A stretch of DNA of 64,000 nucleotides from Candidatus Methanomethylicia archaeon (GCA_029259155.1 JAPDJI010000017.1:64001-128000), one strand, 5' to 3'; numbered from the stretch's first letter, positions 18,344-28,590 are shown. The notes: a model not told the origin generated them from the sequence alone. Translations and numbers: made by a program.

Positions 18344-19702
18344 CTACTTAGATATAATGTTTTCCAGCTCGCTAGCTATTTTCCTTGCTTTCTTCACGAC
18401 CTCAAGGGCACTACGTCCAAGAAGCCTTATCATAGGCTCCTTTCCGACGCCTCCTTCGTCGTATATAGCGTCAGGGTCTCCCTCAAAATTCTTTAACGCC
18501 TCCTGCACACCCCACGTTAAGCTTCTTCCCTCTATACTTTGAACGTTTTCAGGTTCCATTCTTCTGTCAAAACATGCTAGCTTGAAACCAAGCCTACGGC
18601 AAGCCTCTAAGGTTTCAGGGCTATACTTTACGTTGAGCGCTGCTCTAAGGTGCGGTTTATGCTTCATGACCTCTATGACCAACCTAGCTAAATGGCTTGA
18701 AGCTCCAAAGGAAGGACAGCCTGCTGCTCTCGGTTTGCCAGCCACCTCGGTGACTCTGCCTTCGACCCCACATACGTCATCTATCTCCTTGGCTCCAGGT
18801 ATGCCTACCACTAAGTTCATCCTAACTTCGGGTATGAGCTTAACTAACTCAGGGCTCTCTTCCAAGACCCTGAGCCCTTTACGAACTTCGTATAGAGCTT
18901 CGAGCTTAGCTGAGGCTTTCTCTATCTCCTTTAGCGGCTCGATAACCTTGAACCCTAACCCCACGGGCTCGCTCGACCTTATAGCTCTCCATGTAAACCA
19001 GCCAGCTTCCTCTACGGCTTCAGGTAAAGGATAGCCTTTTGCTAGAAGAGCTGCTATAGCGGAGGAAAAGGTACATCCAGAACCTCTTACATCCTCTACG
19101 GCTTCTCGCTTAAACATGTATATATTGCCTTCATGTAGTAGGAGGTCGATCACTTTCTCTCCGCGGCGCCACCCCTTTATTACAGGGTTCTTTACTCCAA
19201 GCTCTTTTAAGTTTTCTAAAGCTGCTTTCAGGTCTTCCTCTGACCTGACCTTCACGCCGGTTAGCGTTTCAGCCTCTTTCACGTTGGGGGTAACGACGGT
19301 AGCTAATGGTAGAAGCTTGTCGGTAAGCACCTTGATGCCTTCCTTCTCTATGAGAGGCTCTCCTTCCTTGGCTTCCACTACAGGGTCTACCACTAAAGGC
19401 GCTTCTCTATGTTTATCGAGGAGTTCAGCTACGGCCTCAACATTATCCTTAGACCAAAGCATACCTACCTTCACTGCCACTACTTTAAGGTCGCTGAACA
19501 AAGCCTCAGCTTGGGACTTGACACAAAGCGGAGGCAGTGGGTAAACTCCCTTGACGTTTTTCGTGTCCTGGTAGGTTATGGCAGATATCACGCAAGCCGG
19601 ATGGAAGCCTAATGCCATGAAGGTTTTTGCGTCTGCTAATACTCCTGCTCCACCTGCAGGGTCTAGTCCAGCTATGGAGAGACATGAAGGGTGTTTAAGC
19701 GT
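18344..19702 (-). CDS. thiD: Bifunctional HMP(-P) kinase / thiamine-phosphate synthase ThiDN; start extended upstream of the tracked ATG at 19618
   Basis: In-frame CLSIAGLDPAGGAGVLADAKTF upstream of 19618; VKVGML, TPN, GSGCTFSS; ThiN domain PEVRMN..GASSHLAR..GKEPMI. ACG at 19702 lies 8 nt after GGAGG (start uncertain). Confidence 0.9.
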   Translation of the reverse strand, partial: TLKHPSCLSIAGLDPAGGAGVLADAKTFMALGFHPACVISAITYQDTKNVKGVYPLPPLCVKSQAEALFSDLKVVAVKVGMLWSKDNVEAVAELLDKHREAPLVVDPVVEAKEGEPLIEKEGIKVLTDKLLPLATVVTPNVKEAETLTGVKVRSEEDLKAALENLKELGVKNPVIKGWRRGEKVIDLLLHEGNIYMFKREAVEDVRGSGCTFSSAIAALLAKGYPLPEAVEEAGWFTWRAIRSSEPVGLGFKVIEPLKEIEKASAKLEALYEVRKGLRVLEESPELVKLIPEVRMNLVVGIPGAKEIDDVCGVEGRVTEVAGKPRAAGCPSFGASSHLARLVIEVMKHKPHLRAALNVKYSPETLEACRRLGFKLACFDRRMEPENVQSIEGRSLTWGVQEALKNFEGDPDAIYDEGGVGKEPMIRLLGRSALEVVKKARKIASELENIISK

Positions 19703-19754
19703 AGCTCAACCCTCCGTTAAGCTTAAGCTTAAGCTTTTGAAAAAGCTTAGCTCC

Positions 19755-20720
19755 TTAGTACCACCATGTAGTTACTTCAGGCTCCTTTAATGTTCTCTTC
19801 GCCGGGTCATGTAATCCTTCACAGACTTCCTCAAAAGGACAGCGATGCCACTTACCTTTCACTAAGGCCTGAAGCTTGCGCGGACTTTTATGTTTATGAA
19901 CGCAGGTAGCTCCTTGCCTTAAGCATATAGTCCTACCCGTTAACCATAGAAGGTCGTCGAGGATGGAGGGTTTGACCTCTGCTATGTCGGCTACCCGTTT
20001 AAAGGCGGAGCGGGTCTGCATCCTAAGCATTACGTCGAATGATAAGTCCACCTTCCCACTCCTTAAAGTTTCAAGGTCACTCCTCGATAGTTCTATGAGC
20101 CCTATCCTTAAAGCTAGCCTAGTCAAATGGTTGTCTACAGGGACGTGTAGATTTTCAGGATCTTCTACCTGGAAGAGCCCTCCTCTCTCTAGGAACTTGA
20201 TCAGGAGGTAGGGTTTCTTGGCCACAGGGTCGCTAAAAGCTTTGAATGGCCTCAAGAGCTCCACTAGCCTCATGCAGCTTCCCTGCGCAGCCTCGATGAG
20301 CTTGAAAGCTTCTCCTTTGAAGAGCTTCATTAACCACTTGGCGGTATCTCTCAGGAGCAGGGCTCTAAGCCCAGGTTTTTTAACAACCTTACCTGAGAAA
20401 GGGGCTGTAAGCCAGGAAACTACCTCTCCCATGTTAATCTTAAGCATCTCGGTGGTGGTGAAGAAGGAAGGCTGCTTCCTCCACTTAATTTCACCGAGCT
20501 TCCAGAGGAGGTCTGAACCCTTATAGAACCGGCCTTCCATCTTGGCCTTGAACCCTCTGCCGGTTCTATGGTCTATGGAAACCATGAAGATAAGGTAGTT
20601 TGCCAAAGCTTCAGGGCTAGCTTGGCGAGGAAGATACTGTGTATCGAGTGGGATCTGTTTAAGGCTGAGTTTAATAAGGTAGTTCCCTAAAGCCTCGATG
20701 AGACCTTGATTTAGCTTCAA
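19755..20720 (-). CDS. Helical glycosylase-like protein (HhH-GPD / queuosine-salvage-like) with C-terminal Cys cluster
   Basis: FSDPVAKK..L, VPVDNHLTRLALRIGL, DDLLW..GR.IC..C..CPF..VC. Confidence 0.6.
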   Translation of the reverse strand: MKLNQGLIEALGNYLIKLSLKQIPLDTQYLPRQASPEALANYLIFMVSIDHRTGRGFKAKMEGRFYKGSDLLWKLGEIKWRKQPSFFTTTEMLKINMGEVVSWLTAPFSGKVVKKPGLRALLLRDTAKWLMKLFKGEAFKLIEAAQGSCMRLVELLRPFKAFSDPVAKKPYLLIKFLERGGLFQVEDPENLHVPVDNHLTRLALRIGLIELSRSDLETLRSGKVDLSFDVMLRMQTRSAFKRVADIAEVKPSILDDLLWLTGRTICLRQGATCVHKHKSPRKLQALVKGKWHRCPFEEVCEGLHDPAKRTLKEPEVTTWWY

Positions 20721-20817
20721 GTCCGAGAAATTTATCTCAGGCTTTCCCTAAAGCCTTTAGGGGGCCTCTGATGAGTGAGCTCGAAAAGGTCGACGCTTAA
20801 GCGGTGGGAGACTTCGC

Positions 20818-21558
20818 ATGGGATCGAAGAGGCCCCTTGAAATTAAAGCAGTGCTCTTCGACCTGGGTAATACCTTAGCGGGAGGGTCTGACACCTACGA
20901 AGCATTTAAGGCCTCCATCCTCGCTGTGGCCTCAAAATTAAGAGAGCTAGGCTTTAGGGTAGACGCTAAGCGATTAGCTGAGGTTAGGCTTAGAAACAGG
21001 GCTTTCTTCACTGAGCTTCGAAAGAAGACTTTGAAGGAGGTTTTAGGAGAGATCTGGATGCGTCGAGACTTAGAGGATGCAGGGCTTAAGCCTGACGACT
21101 CTTTAGTAAAGGAAGCTCTTAGAGCTCACTGCGAAGCTATAGTGAATCTACGCTATGTCTACGACGATGTCCTTGAAGCCCTGGAGAAGCTCATGGAGCT
21201 AGGCTATAGGATGGCTGTGGTGTCTAACGTGAGCGTCCACTGGATGGCGGAGGAGACCTTAAGGAGGCTCGGCTTAATGCATTTCTTCGAATTTCTTGTC
21301 ACTTCCGCCTCGGTAGGTTGGCGTAAACCCCACCCAGCTATCTTCAATGAAGCTCTACGCCTACTTGGCCTTACGTCTAAGGAGGCGGTTTTCGTTGGTG
21401 ATGACCTGTGGGCCGATATATATGGAGCTAAGTCTATTGGTATGAGAACGGTGTGGATTAAGAGGAAAGAGAAGGTCCAGGAGCCTATCATAAACCCTGA
21501 TGCTGAGGTTAACTCCCTTAAAGAGTTAATGGAGGTGATACTTTCTTTTTCAGAGTAG
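20818..21558 (+). CDS. HAD superfamily hydrolase
   Basis: FDLGNTL, VSN, KPHPAIF, VGDD..ADIYGA. Confidence 0.9.
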   Translation: MGSKRPLEIKAVLFDLGNTLAGGSDTYEAFKASILAVASKLRELGFRVDAKRLAEVRLRNRAFFTELRKKTLKEVLGEIWMRRDLEDAGLKPDDSLVKEALRAHCEAIVNLRYVYDDVLEALEKLMELGYRMAVVSNVSVHWMAEETLRRLGLMHFFEFLVTSASVGWRKPHPAIFNEALRLLGLTSKEAVFVGDDLWADIYGAKSIGMRTVWIKRKEKVQEPIINPDAEVNSLKELMEVILSFSE

Positions 21559-21599
21559 TCTTTATGCGTCTCCTCTCTTATGGAGGCTACCGGGGGTGA

Positions 21600-22955
21600 G
21601 TGGTCCTGAGCAGAGTGGTAGAGGTCAGAAGGTTCGAGAGAGTAGGTGCTCACAGCCATATTAAGGGGCTTGGGCTTAAGGACGGTAAAGCCTTACCCAT
21701 AGCTGCGGGCATGGTCGGACAGGTTGAAGCTAGGGAAGCTGCAGGCGTCATCGTCAGCATGGTCAGGGAAGGAAAGATGGCGGGTAGAGCTGTTCTACTA
21801 GCAGGTCCTCCAGGTACTGGTAAGACAGCGTTGGCGTCAGCGATAGCTAAGGAGCTGGGTGAAGACGTGCCTTTCATGATGATAACTGCCTCTGAAGTAT
21901 ACTCGGCTGAGGTTAAGAAGACCGAGGTACTTATGCAAGCGATGAGAAAGGCCATAGGGGTTAGGATAAAAGAGGTCAGGAAGATCTATGAAGGAATGAT
22001 AACCGAGCTTGAGATTAAGGCAGGCCGCCACCCTTACAACCCCTACCAGCAGATACCCATTGGAGCTAAGATAAAGCTGAAGACGAACGTTGATGAGAGG
22101 AGCTTCAACGTGGACGAGGCGGTGGCTCAAGAACTTATAGCAAGAGGAGTTTCAAAAGGCGATGTAATATGGATAGACGCTGAGACGGGAAGGGTCACTA
22201 AGCTAGGTAAGTGTATTGAGGCCCCTGCAGAGGCGCGTTATGACATCGAGGCCTCACCTAGGATACCTTTACCTCAAGGGCCTATAGCCAAGGAGAGAGA
22301 GTTCGTACATACCGTGACTCTTCACGATTTAGATGAGATGCACGCTCGACGTGGCAGCGTTTTCACCTTGCTTTTTGGTGGAAGAGAAGAACGCGAGATA
22401 CCGCCTGAAGTGAGGCAGGAGGTCGATGAAACTGTGAAGAGATGGGTAGATGAAGGAAGAGCTGAAGTTATACCTGGAGTTCTCTTCATAGATGAGGTTT
22501 CTGCCCTCGATATCGAGGCTTTCTCCTTCCTAGGAAGAGCTATGGAGGGCGAGCTTGCTCCGGTAATAATATTAGCCACTAACCGAGGGGTAACGAAGGT
22601 CAGAGGGACAGACATAGTTTCTCCTCACGGTATACCGCTGGACCTGCTTGATAGGCTCCTGATAATTACTACGCGCGAATATACTGCCGACGAAGTGAAG
22701 GAGATCCTTAAGATAAGGGCAGCAGAGGAAGGAGTAGACTTGGAGGAAGATGCCTTATCCGTCTTAATAAAAGTAGGGGTAGAGAACTCTTTAAGATATG
22801 CGGTACAACTGCTTTCACCATCATTTGAAATAGCTAAACGCTCAGGAAGAAGCAAGGTGACTGCTGTAGACGTGGAGCAAGCAAAGAAGTTGTTCGTCGA
22901 CGTCAAGCAGTCAATGGCTTACCTTAAAGAGTATGAGGAAAAGTTGTTGAGATAA
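21600..22955 (+). CDS. TIP49 / RuvB-like AAA+ ATPase
   Basis: AHSHIKGLGL, GPPGTGKTALA, SEVYSAEVKKTE, FIDEV, ILATNRG, PHGIPLDLLDRL. Confidence 0.95.
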   Translation: MVLSRVVEVRRFERVGAHSHIKGLGLKDGKALPIAAGMVGQVEAREAAGVIVSMVREGKMAGRAVLLAGPPGTGKTALASAIAKELGEDVPFMMITASEVYSAEVKKTEVLMQAMRKAIGVRIKEVRKIYEGMITELEIKAGRHPYNPYQQIPIGAKIKLKTNVDERSFNVDEAVAQELIARGVSKGDVIWIDAETGRVTKLGKCIEAPAEARYDIEASPRIPLPQGPIAKEREFVHTVTLHDLDEMHARRGSVFTLLFGGREEREIPPEVRQEVDETVKRWVDEGRAEVIPGVLFIDEVSALDIEAFSFLGRAMEGELAPVIILATNRGVTKVRGTDIVSPHGIPLDLLDRLLIITTREYTADEVKEILKIRAAEEGVDLEEDALSVLIKVGVENSLRYAVQLLSPSFEIAKRSGRSKVTAVDVEQAKKLFVDVKQSMAYLKEYEEKLLR

Positions 22956-23019
22956 CTTCAAGAAAAATTTTTATAGAAGCGCTCTTATTGAGCTTCGCTG
23001 AACCTAGAGGTGTTATGCT

Positions 23020-24651
23020 ATGTCGCAGGCAGTACCTGTACTTCTACTAAAAGAAGGCACATCCAGAACGGTTGGCAGAGACGCGCAGAGAGCTAACATC
23101 ATGGCTGTTAAGGTAATAGCAGAGGCCGTTAAGTCCTCGCTCGGTCCCATGGGTATGGATAAGATGCTCGTAAGCAGTTTTGGCGACGTGACTATAACTA
23201 ACGATGGTGCTACCATACTCAAGGAGATGGATATTCAGCATCCAGCTGCTAAGATGATGGTGGAGGTAGCTAAAGCCCAGGACAGCGAGGTCGGCGACGG
23301 CACCACTACTGCTGTGGTCTTAACAGGTGAGCTATTGAAGAATGCGGAGGGGCTTCTCGAGCAAGATGTCCATGCTACTGTCATAATGGACGGTTATAGG
23401 AAGGCCATGAACAAGGCTCTAGAACTTCTCGACGAAATCTCTAAGCCGGTCAACCCTCTTGATAAAGAAATATTGAAGAAGTGCGCCCTAACTACGCTCT
23501 CAGGGAAAGCCGCGGTAGCTTCAGCTAAAGAATTACTTGCTGAGCTTAGCGTTGAAGCGGTTCTCCAGGTAGCGAGGGAGGTAGACGGCATGTATGTGGT
23601 CGACGTTGACGATGTAAAAGTGGAGAAGAAGCGAGGAGAATCGCTAACTGAAACCCAGCTAATAAGAGGTTTAGTCATCGACAAGGAAGTTGTTCATCCA
23701 GGCATGCCTAAGAGGGTCGAGAAGGCCAAGATCGCCCTCCTAGAATGTCCACTCGAAATAGAAAAGACGGAGATGACCGCTAAGATCAGGATAACCAGCC
23801 CTGAACAAATGAAAGCCTTCCTAGACGAAGAGATAAAGATGCTCAAGAACATGGTAGATAAGATAGCTTCAGTCGGCGCTAACGTAGTGTTATGTGAGAA
23901 GGGTATCGATGATGCAGCTCAACATTTCCTAGCCAAGAAGGGTATCTTGGCAGCTAGGAGGATCAAGCACTCTGACATGGAGAAGCTAGCTAAGGCTACA
24001 GGTGGTAGAACAGTGACTAGCATAGATGACCTTAAGCCCAGTGATCTTGGTGAGGCTGAGCTGGTGGAGGAGCGTAAGATTGCTGATGAGAAGATGATTT
24101 TCGTGGAGGGTTGTAAGAATCCAAGAGCCTTGTCCATCCTTGTCAGAGGCAGCAGCGATATGATGATTAAGGAAGCTGAGCGCTCAATGCATGACGCTCT
24201 CTGCGTAGTCCGAAACGTAGTCCAAGAACCTAAGATAGTTGCTGGAGGAGGAGCTGTTGAAGTAGAGTTAGCGCTTAGATTGAAGGATTGGGCTAGGTCG
24301 CTAGCTGGACGTGAACAACTGGCGGCATTGAAGTTCGCTGAGGCCCTAGAAGCCATACCCAGCATATTAGCTGAGAACTCAGGCCTAGACCCTATAGACA
24401 TCATGGTCAAGCTGAGGGCTGAACATGAAAAAGGGTTTTTCAGCGCAGGAATTAATGTAAAAGAGGGCAAGGTCGCTGATATGTATGAACTCAACGTCAT
24501 TGAACCGACGCTTGTAAAGAAGCAGGTAGTTAAATCCGCGACAGAGGCTGCATTAATGATACTGAAGATAGACGACGTTATCGCTGCTTCTGCTCTAAAG
24601 AAAGAGGAGAAGGAAAAGAAAGAGGGAGGCCCTAGGTTTAGCGAATTTTAA
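23020..24651 (+). CDS. Thermosome (group II chaperonin) subunit 1
   Basis: [24 protein letters not shown]. Confidence 0.97.
   Translation: MSQAVPVLLLKEGTSRTVGRDAQRANIMAVKVIAEAVKSSLGPMGMDKMLVSSFGDVTITNDGATILKEMDIQHPAAKMMVEVAKAQDSEVGDGTTTAVVLTGELLKNAEGLLEQDVHATVIMDGYRKAMNKALELLDEISKPVNPLDKEILKKCALTTLSGKAAVASAKELLAELSVEAVLQVAREVDGMYVVDVDDVKVEKKRGESLTETQLIRGLVIDKEVVHPGMPKRVEKAKIALLECPLEIEKTEMTAKIRITSPEQMKAFLDEEIKMLKNMVDKIASVGANVVLCEKGIDDAAQHFLAKKGILAARRIKHSDMEKLAKATGGRTVTSIDDLKPSDLGEAELVEERKIADEKMIFVEGCKNPRALSILVRGSSDMMIKEAERSMHDALCVVRNVVQEPKIVAGGGAVEVELALRLKDWARSLAGREQLAALKFAEALEAIPSILAENSGLDPIDIMVKLRAEHEKGFFSAGINVKEGKVADMYELNVIEPTLVKKQVVKSATEAALMILKIDDVIAASALKKEEKEKKEGGPRFSEF
23234..23283 (+). 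repeat. 50 bp tract identical to 25025-25074
   Basis: Direct comparison: TTCAGCATCC...GCCCAGGAC. Confidence 0.9.
24036..24128 (+). repeat. 93 bp tract identical to 25824-25916
   Basis: Direct comparison: GCCCAGTGAT...CCAAGAGC. Confidence 0.9.
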
Positions 24652-24798
24652 GATATCAACATAATTTTTCCCGTCCACATATTCTCAAAATGTCCTTCAT
24701 CCAAGTACTTAGAGGAAGAGGTAGAAGACCTCTTTTTCATGTAGAAAAATATATATAGAAGCGACTTATTGTGCCCTCTGAAAACAAGGGGTGGTTCT

Positions 24799-26460
24799 AT
24801 GGCGATTGCTCAGCTAGGTGGAGTACCTGTCCTCATCTTAAAGGAAGGCTCTACTAGAACCGTGGGGAGGGAAGCGCAGCGGGCTAACATTGCCGCGGCT
24901 AAAGCCATAGCGGAGGCCGTTAGATCGACGTTAGGCCCTCGAGGCATGGATAAGATGCTGGTCGATAGCCTAGGAGACGTAACTGTTACTAATGATGGTG
25001 CTACAATACTCGATGAAATAGAGGTTCAGCATCCAGCTGCTAAGATGATGGTGGAGGTAGCTAAAGCCCAGGACGATGAAGTCGGCGACGGCACCACTAC
25101 TAGCGTGGTTCTTGCAGGAGAGTTGTTAAAGAAAGCTGAAGAGTTGATGGCTAAAAACATACATCCCACCGTGATCATAAGCGGATACAGTAAAGCCCTA
25201 GACTTCTGTAACAAGGTGTTGGATGAGCTGGCCAAGCCTGTGTCTATGGATGACAAGGAGACCTTGCGTAAGATAGCCATGACATCCATGGCGGCTAAGA
25301 CCGTGGCGGGCTCTAAGGAAATGCTAGCTGACATGGCTGTCAAGGCAGTCATGCAGGTCGCGGAGAAGCGAGATGATAAGGTAATTGCCGACACTGATTA
25401 CATACAGCTGATCAAGCGTCAAGGTGCCAGCTTAGCCGAATCCAAGTTGATCAACGGCGTCATTATCGACAAAGAAGTGGTCCACTCTGGCATGCCCAGG
25501 AAGGTCGAGAAGGCCAAGATCGCCCTTCTGGACTGTCCACTCGAAATAGAAAAGACAGAGATGGATGCGGAGATCAGAATCTCGAGCCCTGAACAAATGA
25601 AAGCTTTCCTAGAGGAAGAAGAGCGCATGTTAAAGAACATGGTGGATAAGATTAAGGCTTCTGGCGCCAACGTAGTGTTTTGCCAGAAAGGCATAGATGA
25701 CGTGGCTCAACACTTCTTAGCTAAAGAAGGTATCCTAGCGGCTAGGAGAGTCAAGAAGTCGGACATGGAGAAACTGGCAAGAGCTACTGGAGGCAGAATA
25801 GTAACTAACATCGAGGATCTTTCGCCCAGTGATCTTGGTGAGGCTGAGCTGGTGGAGGAGCGTAAGATTGCTGATGAGAAGATGATTTTCGTGGAGGGTT
25901 GTAAGAATCCAAGAGCTGTAGCCATATTAATAAGGGGTGGCCTAGAGAAGTTTATCGACGAGGCTGAACGAGCTTTAACCGATGCTCTGTCGACAGTGTC
26001 CGATGCCATCGAATGTGGTAAGATTGTGACTGGCGGTGGATCGATTGAGATGGAGTTAGCGAGAAGGCTTCGTGAATTTGCACCTACCGTTGGAGGTAAG
26101 GAACAACTAGCTATTGAAGCGTTTGCTAATGCCTTAGAGATTATTCCTAAAACGCTGGCTGAGAATGCAGGCTTGGACCCGCTTGACATGATAATGGAGC
26201 TAAGAGCGCTTCACGAAAAAGCAGGTAATGAGACCATAGGCGTAGACGTGTTCTCTGGTAAACCAGCTGACATGTATGGCTTGGGTGTTATAGAGCCTCA
26301 GAATGTTAAGGGTATGGCTATTAAATCAGCTACCGAAGCAGCCTCTATGATACTAAGAATAGACGACATCATAGCTGCAGCTAAGACTGAGACTAAGGCA
26401 AGCGAAACGCCCAGCAAGACCGGTGGAGAGGAAGAAGGAGAAAAGTCGGAGTTTGATTAA
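24799..26460 (+). CDS. Thermosome subunit 2 (ATG 24799 after GGGGTGG SD preferred)
   Basis: [16 protein letters not shown], acidic C-terminal tail. Confidence 0.97.
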   Translation: MAIAQLGGVPVLILKEGSTRTVGREAQRANIAAAKAIAEAVRSTLGPRGMDKMLVDSLGDVTVTNDGATILDEIEVQHPAAKMMVEVAKAQDDEVGDGTTTSVVLAGELLKKAEELMAKNIHPTVIISGYSKALDFCNKVLDELAKPVSMDDKETLRKIAMTSMAAKTVAGSKEMLADMAVKAVMQVAEKRDDKVIADTDYIQLIKRQGASLAESKLINGVIIDKEVVHSGMPRKVEKAKIALLDCPLEIEKTEMDAEIRISSPEQMKAFLEEEERMLKNMVDKIKASGANVVFCQKGIDDVAQHFLAKEGILAARRVKKSDMEKLARATGGRIVTNIEDLSPSDLGEAELVEERKIADEKMIFVEGCKNPRAVAILIRGGLEKFIDEAERALTDALSTVSDAIECGKIVTGGGSIEMELARRLREFAPTVGGKEQLAIEAFANALEIIPKTLAENAGLDPLDMIMELRALHEKAGNETIGVDVFSGKPADMYGLGVIEPQNVKGMAIKSATEAASMILRIDDIIAAAKTETKASETPSKTGGEEEGEKSEFD

Positions 26461-26471
26461 TCTTTAGATCT

Positions 26472-27248
26472 TTATTTAGATAGTTTTTCCCTCACTATTT
26501 CTTGGAACCTGTTTGCGTCTTCAGCCATGGATGTATTGTTAAACAATACGTATATCTCCTTTCCTTCTTCGTGGTATGGCTTAACCCAGTCCTCATATAA
26601 TCTCAGGTGTTCTTCATCGTTATAATCATAGACGTACATTCGTTTACCCAAACCGTGAAGCCTGTAGTAAATGATTTCTCTCTCTTTCGTCACGGTTTGG
26701 GCCCTGAAGGGGTCTACTATGTGAATTAAATCATACTCCAAGCATACTTGACTTATCCTTTCAGGGGTCCAGCTTTCATGTCTAAATTCTATGGCTAATT
26801 TCATCTCCTTCCTATCTATGGAGGATAGAAAGTCGCGCATATTTCTCAGGTTTTCATGAGAGGCATCAAGCGAAGGAGGACATTGGATAACCATTATCTT
26901 GGCTTTTAGTGCCTTGGCTATTTCCATGGTTTTGTTCCAAGCCTCAAAGTTTTCCTCTGTAGGCTTTAAAAGTCCATACCTATCTGCTTTTTCTGGAGGT
27001 ATTTTTATTCCTGCTTTCTTCCACGTGGGGCTTGAGGTTGGATGAGTAATAGCTTGCCAGCTTTTCAACGTAAACTCGAAGTCTAAAGGAGCCTTAGTTC
27101 TCCAACCTTCTGCCGTAGAGGGGTTAGGTAGCTTGTAGAAAGTGCTTTGTATTTCTATGAGTTTAAAGGTCTTAAAATAAGCCTCCATTCCACCTTTAAT
27201 CGCCCATCCACAGCAACCTACTTTAATACTCAAAGCTTCCCCCTTCAC
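26472..27248 (-). CDS. DUF72 family protein
   Basis: VGCCGW, EIQSTFY, FEFTLK..Q.ITH, QCPPS, EFRHESW, YYRLHG, FNN. Confidence 0.9.
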   Translation of the reverse strand: MKGEALSIKVGCCGWAIKGGMEAYFKTFKLIEIQSTFYKLPNPSTAEGWRTKAPLDFEFTLKSWQAITHPTSSPTWKKAGIKIPPEKADRYGLLKPTEENFEAWNKTMEIAKALKAKIMVIQCPPSLDASHENLRNMRDFLSSIDRKEMKLAIEFRHESWTPERISQVCLEYDLIHIVDPFRAQTVTKEREIIYYRLHGLGKRMYVYDYNDEEHLRLYEDWVKPYHEEGKEIYVLFNNTSMAEDANRFQEIVREKLSK

Positions 27249-28563
27249 ATTTACGATAACCCTCCTTCATAAGGCTTAATCCCTTCAAAACCAAGGGGAT
27301 TGCGGAGGCTCCGACCAAGAGGACGAGAAGGTCTAAAGGTAGGGTTACATAGCCTAAGATAGGTCTATCGTAAAGTACCAAGAGTAATCCTCCTAAATTG
27401 ATGATGGAAAAGAAGGCTACTATCAACCACGCGACTACCTTCATGTAACCCTTAATTTCAAAGCCTTTCATGATCCTAGAGTCGCAGCATAGCTTAGCTA
27501 GGAGCACGAATGGAGGTACGGTGGCTAAGCTTGAGAGTACAGAAGACACTATCGCCACCTTGACGGGTTTGGTGATCAATATTAGTGGTAGCACGCTTGC
27601 TATGGTTATGACTGCCACCCATATAGGCCATACCTTATTATCTTTCTTAGGCCCGACCCCTCTCCACCCATAGGTTTCAGATAGGAGAGCTACCGTGGAA
27701 TGTAGAGTTATCACTGCTGCTAGTAAGGAACCTGCGAAGAGTCCCAGAGAAAACAGGAAGATGGAGGCTTCGCCAAATACTTGTTTGAAGGCTTCTATAG
27801 CTTCAATCATGTTTTCAGAAACCGTGCCTAAACCGGCTCCACACACCACTATTGCTATACATATGGCTAAGCTTATCAGTGATCCTACGACGGCACTCAG
27901 CATGGCTTGTATAAGCGAGTTTTCTTTAACTCCTTTCTCAGCTAGGTCGCTGGCTTCGTAGAACAAGACATTGGGCCCCACCGCCATACCCATGACTGCC
28001 AGTACTGCGATCCAGTAGCCTCCATCGAAGGTGGCTGCGGGTTTAATGAACCCCTCTACGACCTTTAAGGGGTTTGGATTGGCGGCGAACGCGAGGATGA
28101 CGTAAGCTATGAAGGTTAAGCTTAACGCTATTAGTACTTCATCGATCAAATCGAGGGATCTTGTGCACGCTACGGCCAATAATATTAAAGCTGAAACTAT
28201 AGCTGCCGTTACTAAGGAGAGGTTGAAGAGGGCTGATAAGGCTATTGCCATACCCGCCAGCTCAGCTGAAATAAGGGAGATGTTAGCGGCTACTGAGGTG
28301 AAGACTGTAAGTGATACGTGTTTTTCACTAAACCTCTCCTTCATGTTCTCGGCTAATCCCTTCCCTGTAACGAGGGCTACCTCGGAGGCTACTTGAAGAA
28401 TGAAAGTGTAGAGGAGGAAACCTAGGACAACAGCCCATAGTAAGGAGTATCTATATGCAGCTCCAATCGATAAAAGACATAGAATTGCGCAAGCATCTAC
28501 GTTTTGAATCCCAGCTAGCACTCCTGGGGCCATTATCTTAAATAGCCTCAGCCCCTCGCTCAT
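27223..28563 (-). CDS. NRAMP-family divalent metal transporter, non-canonical motifs
   Basis: About 12 hydrophobic segments; APG..., GAAYRYSLLW, VTGKGL, AELAG. Confidence 0.8.
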   Translation of the reverse strand: MSEGLRLFKIMAPGVLAGIQNVDACAILCLLSIGAAYRYSLLWAVVLGFLLYTFILQVASEVALVTGKGLAENMKERFSEKHVSLTVFTSVAANISLISAELAGMAIALSALFNLSLVTAAIVSALILLAVACTRSLDLIDEVLIALSLTFIAYVILAFAANPNPLKVVEGFIKPAATFDGGYWIAVLAVMGMAVGPNVLFYEASDLAEKGVKENSLIQAMLSAVVGSLISLAICIAIVVCGAGLGTVSENMIEAIEAFKQVFGEASIFLFSLGLFAGSLLAAVITLHSTVALLSETYGWRGVGPKKDNKVWPIWVAVITIASVLPLILITKPVKVAIVSSVLSSLATVPPFVLLAKLCCDSRIMKGFEIKGYMKVVAWLIVAFFSIINLGGLLLVLYDRPILGYVTLPLDLLVLLVGASAIPLVLKGLSLMKEGYRKCEGGSFEY

Positions 28564-28590
28564 CCACCCTCACATCCAGAGGGTGGAGTT

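Noticed and set aside
20740-20791. Hammerhead ribozyme-like core CTGATGA...GAAA
   Set aside because: Stem II would be a single pair and no stem I closes directly onto CUGAUGA; the topology does not fit.
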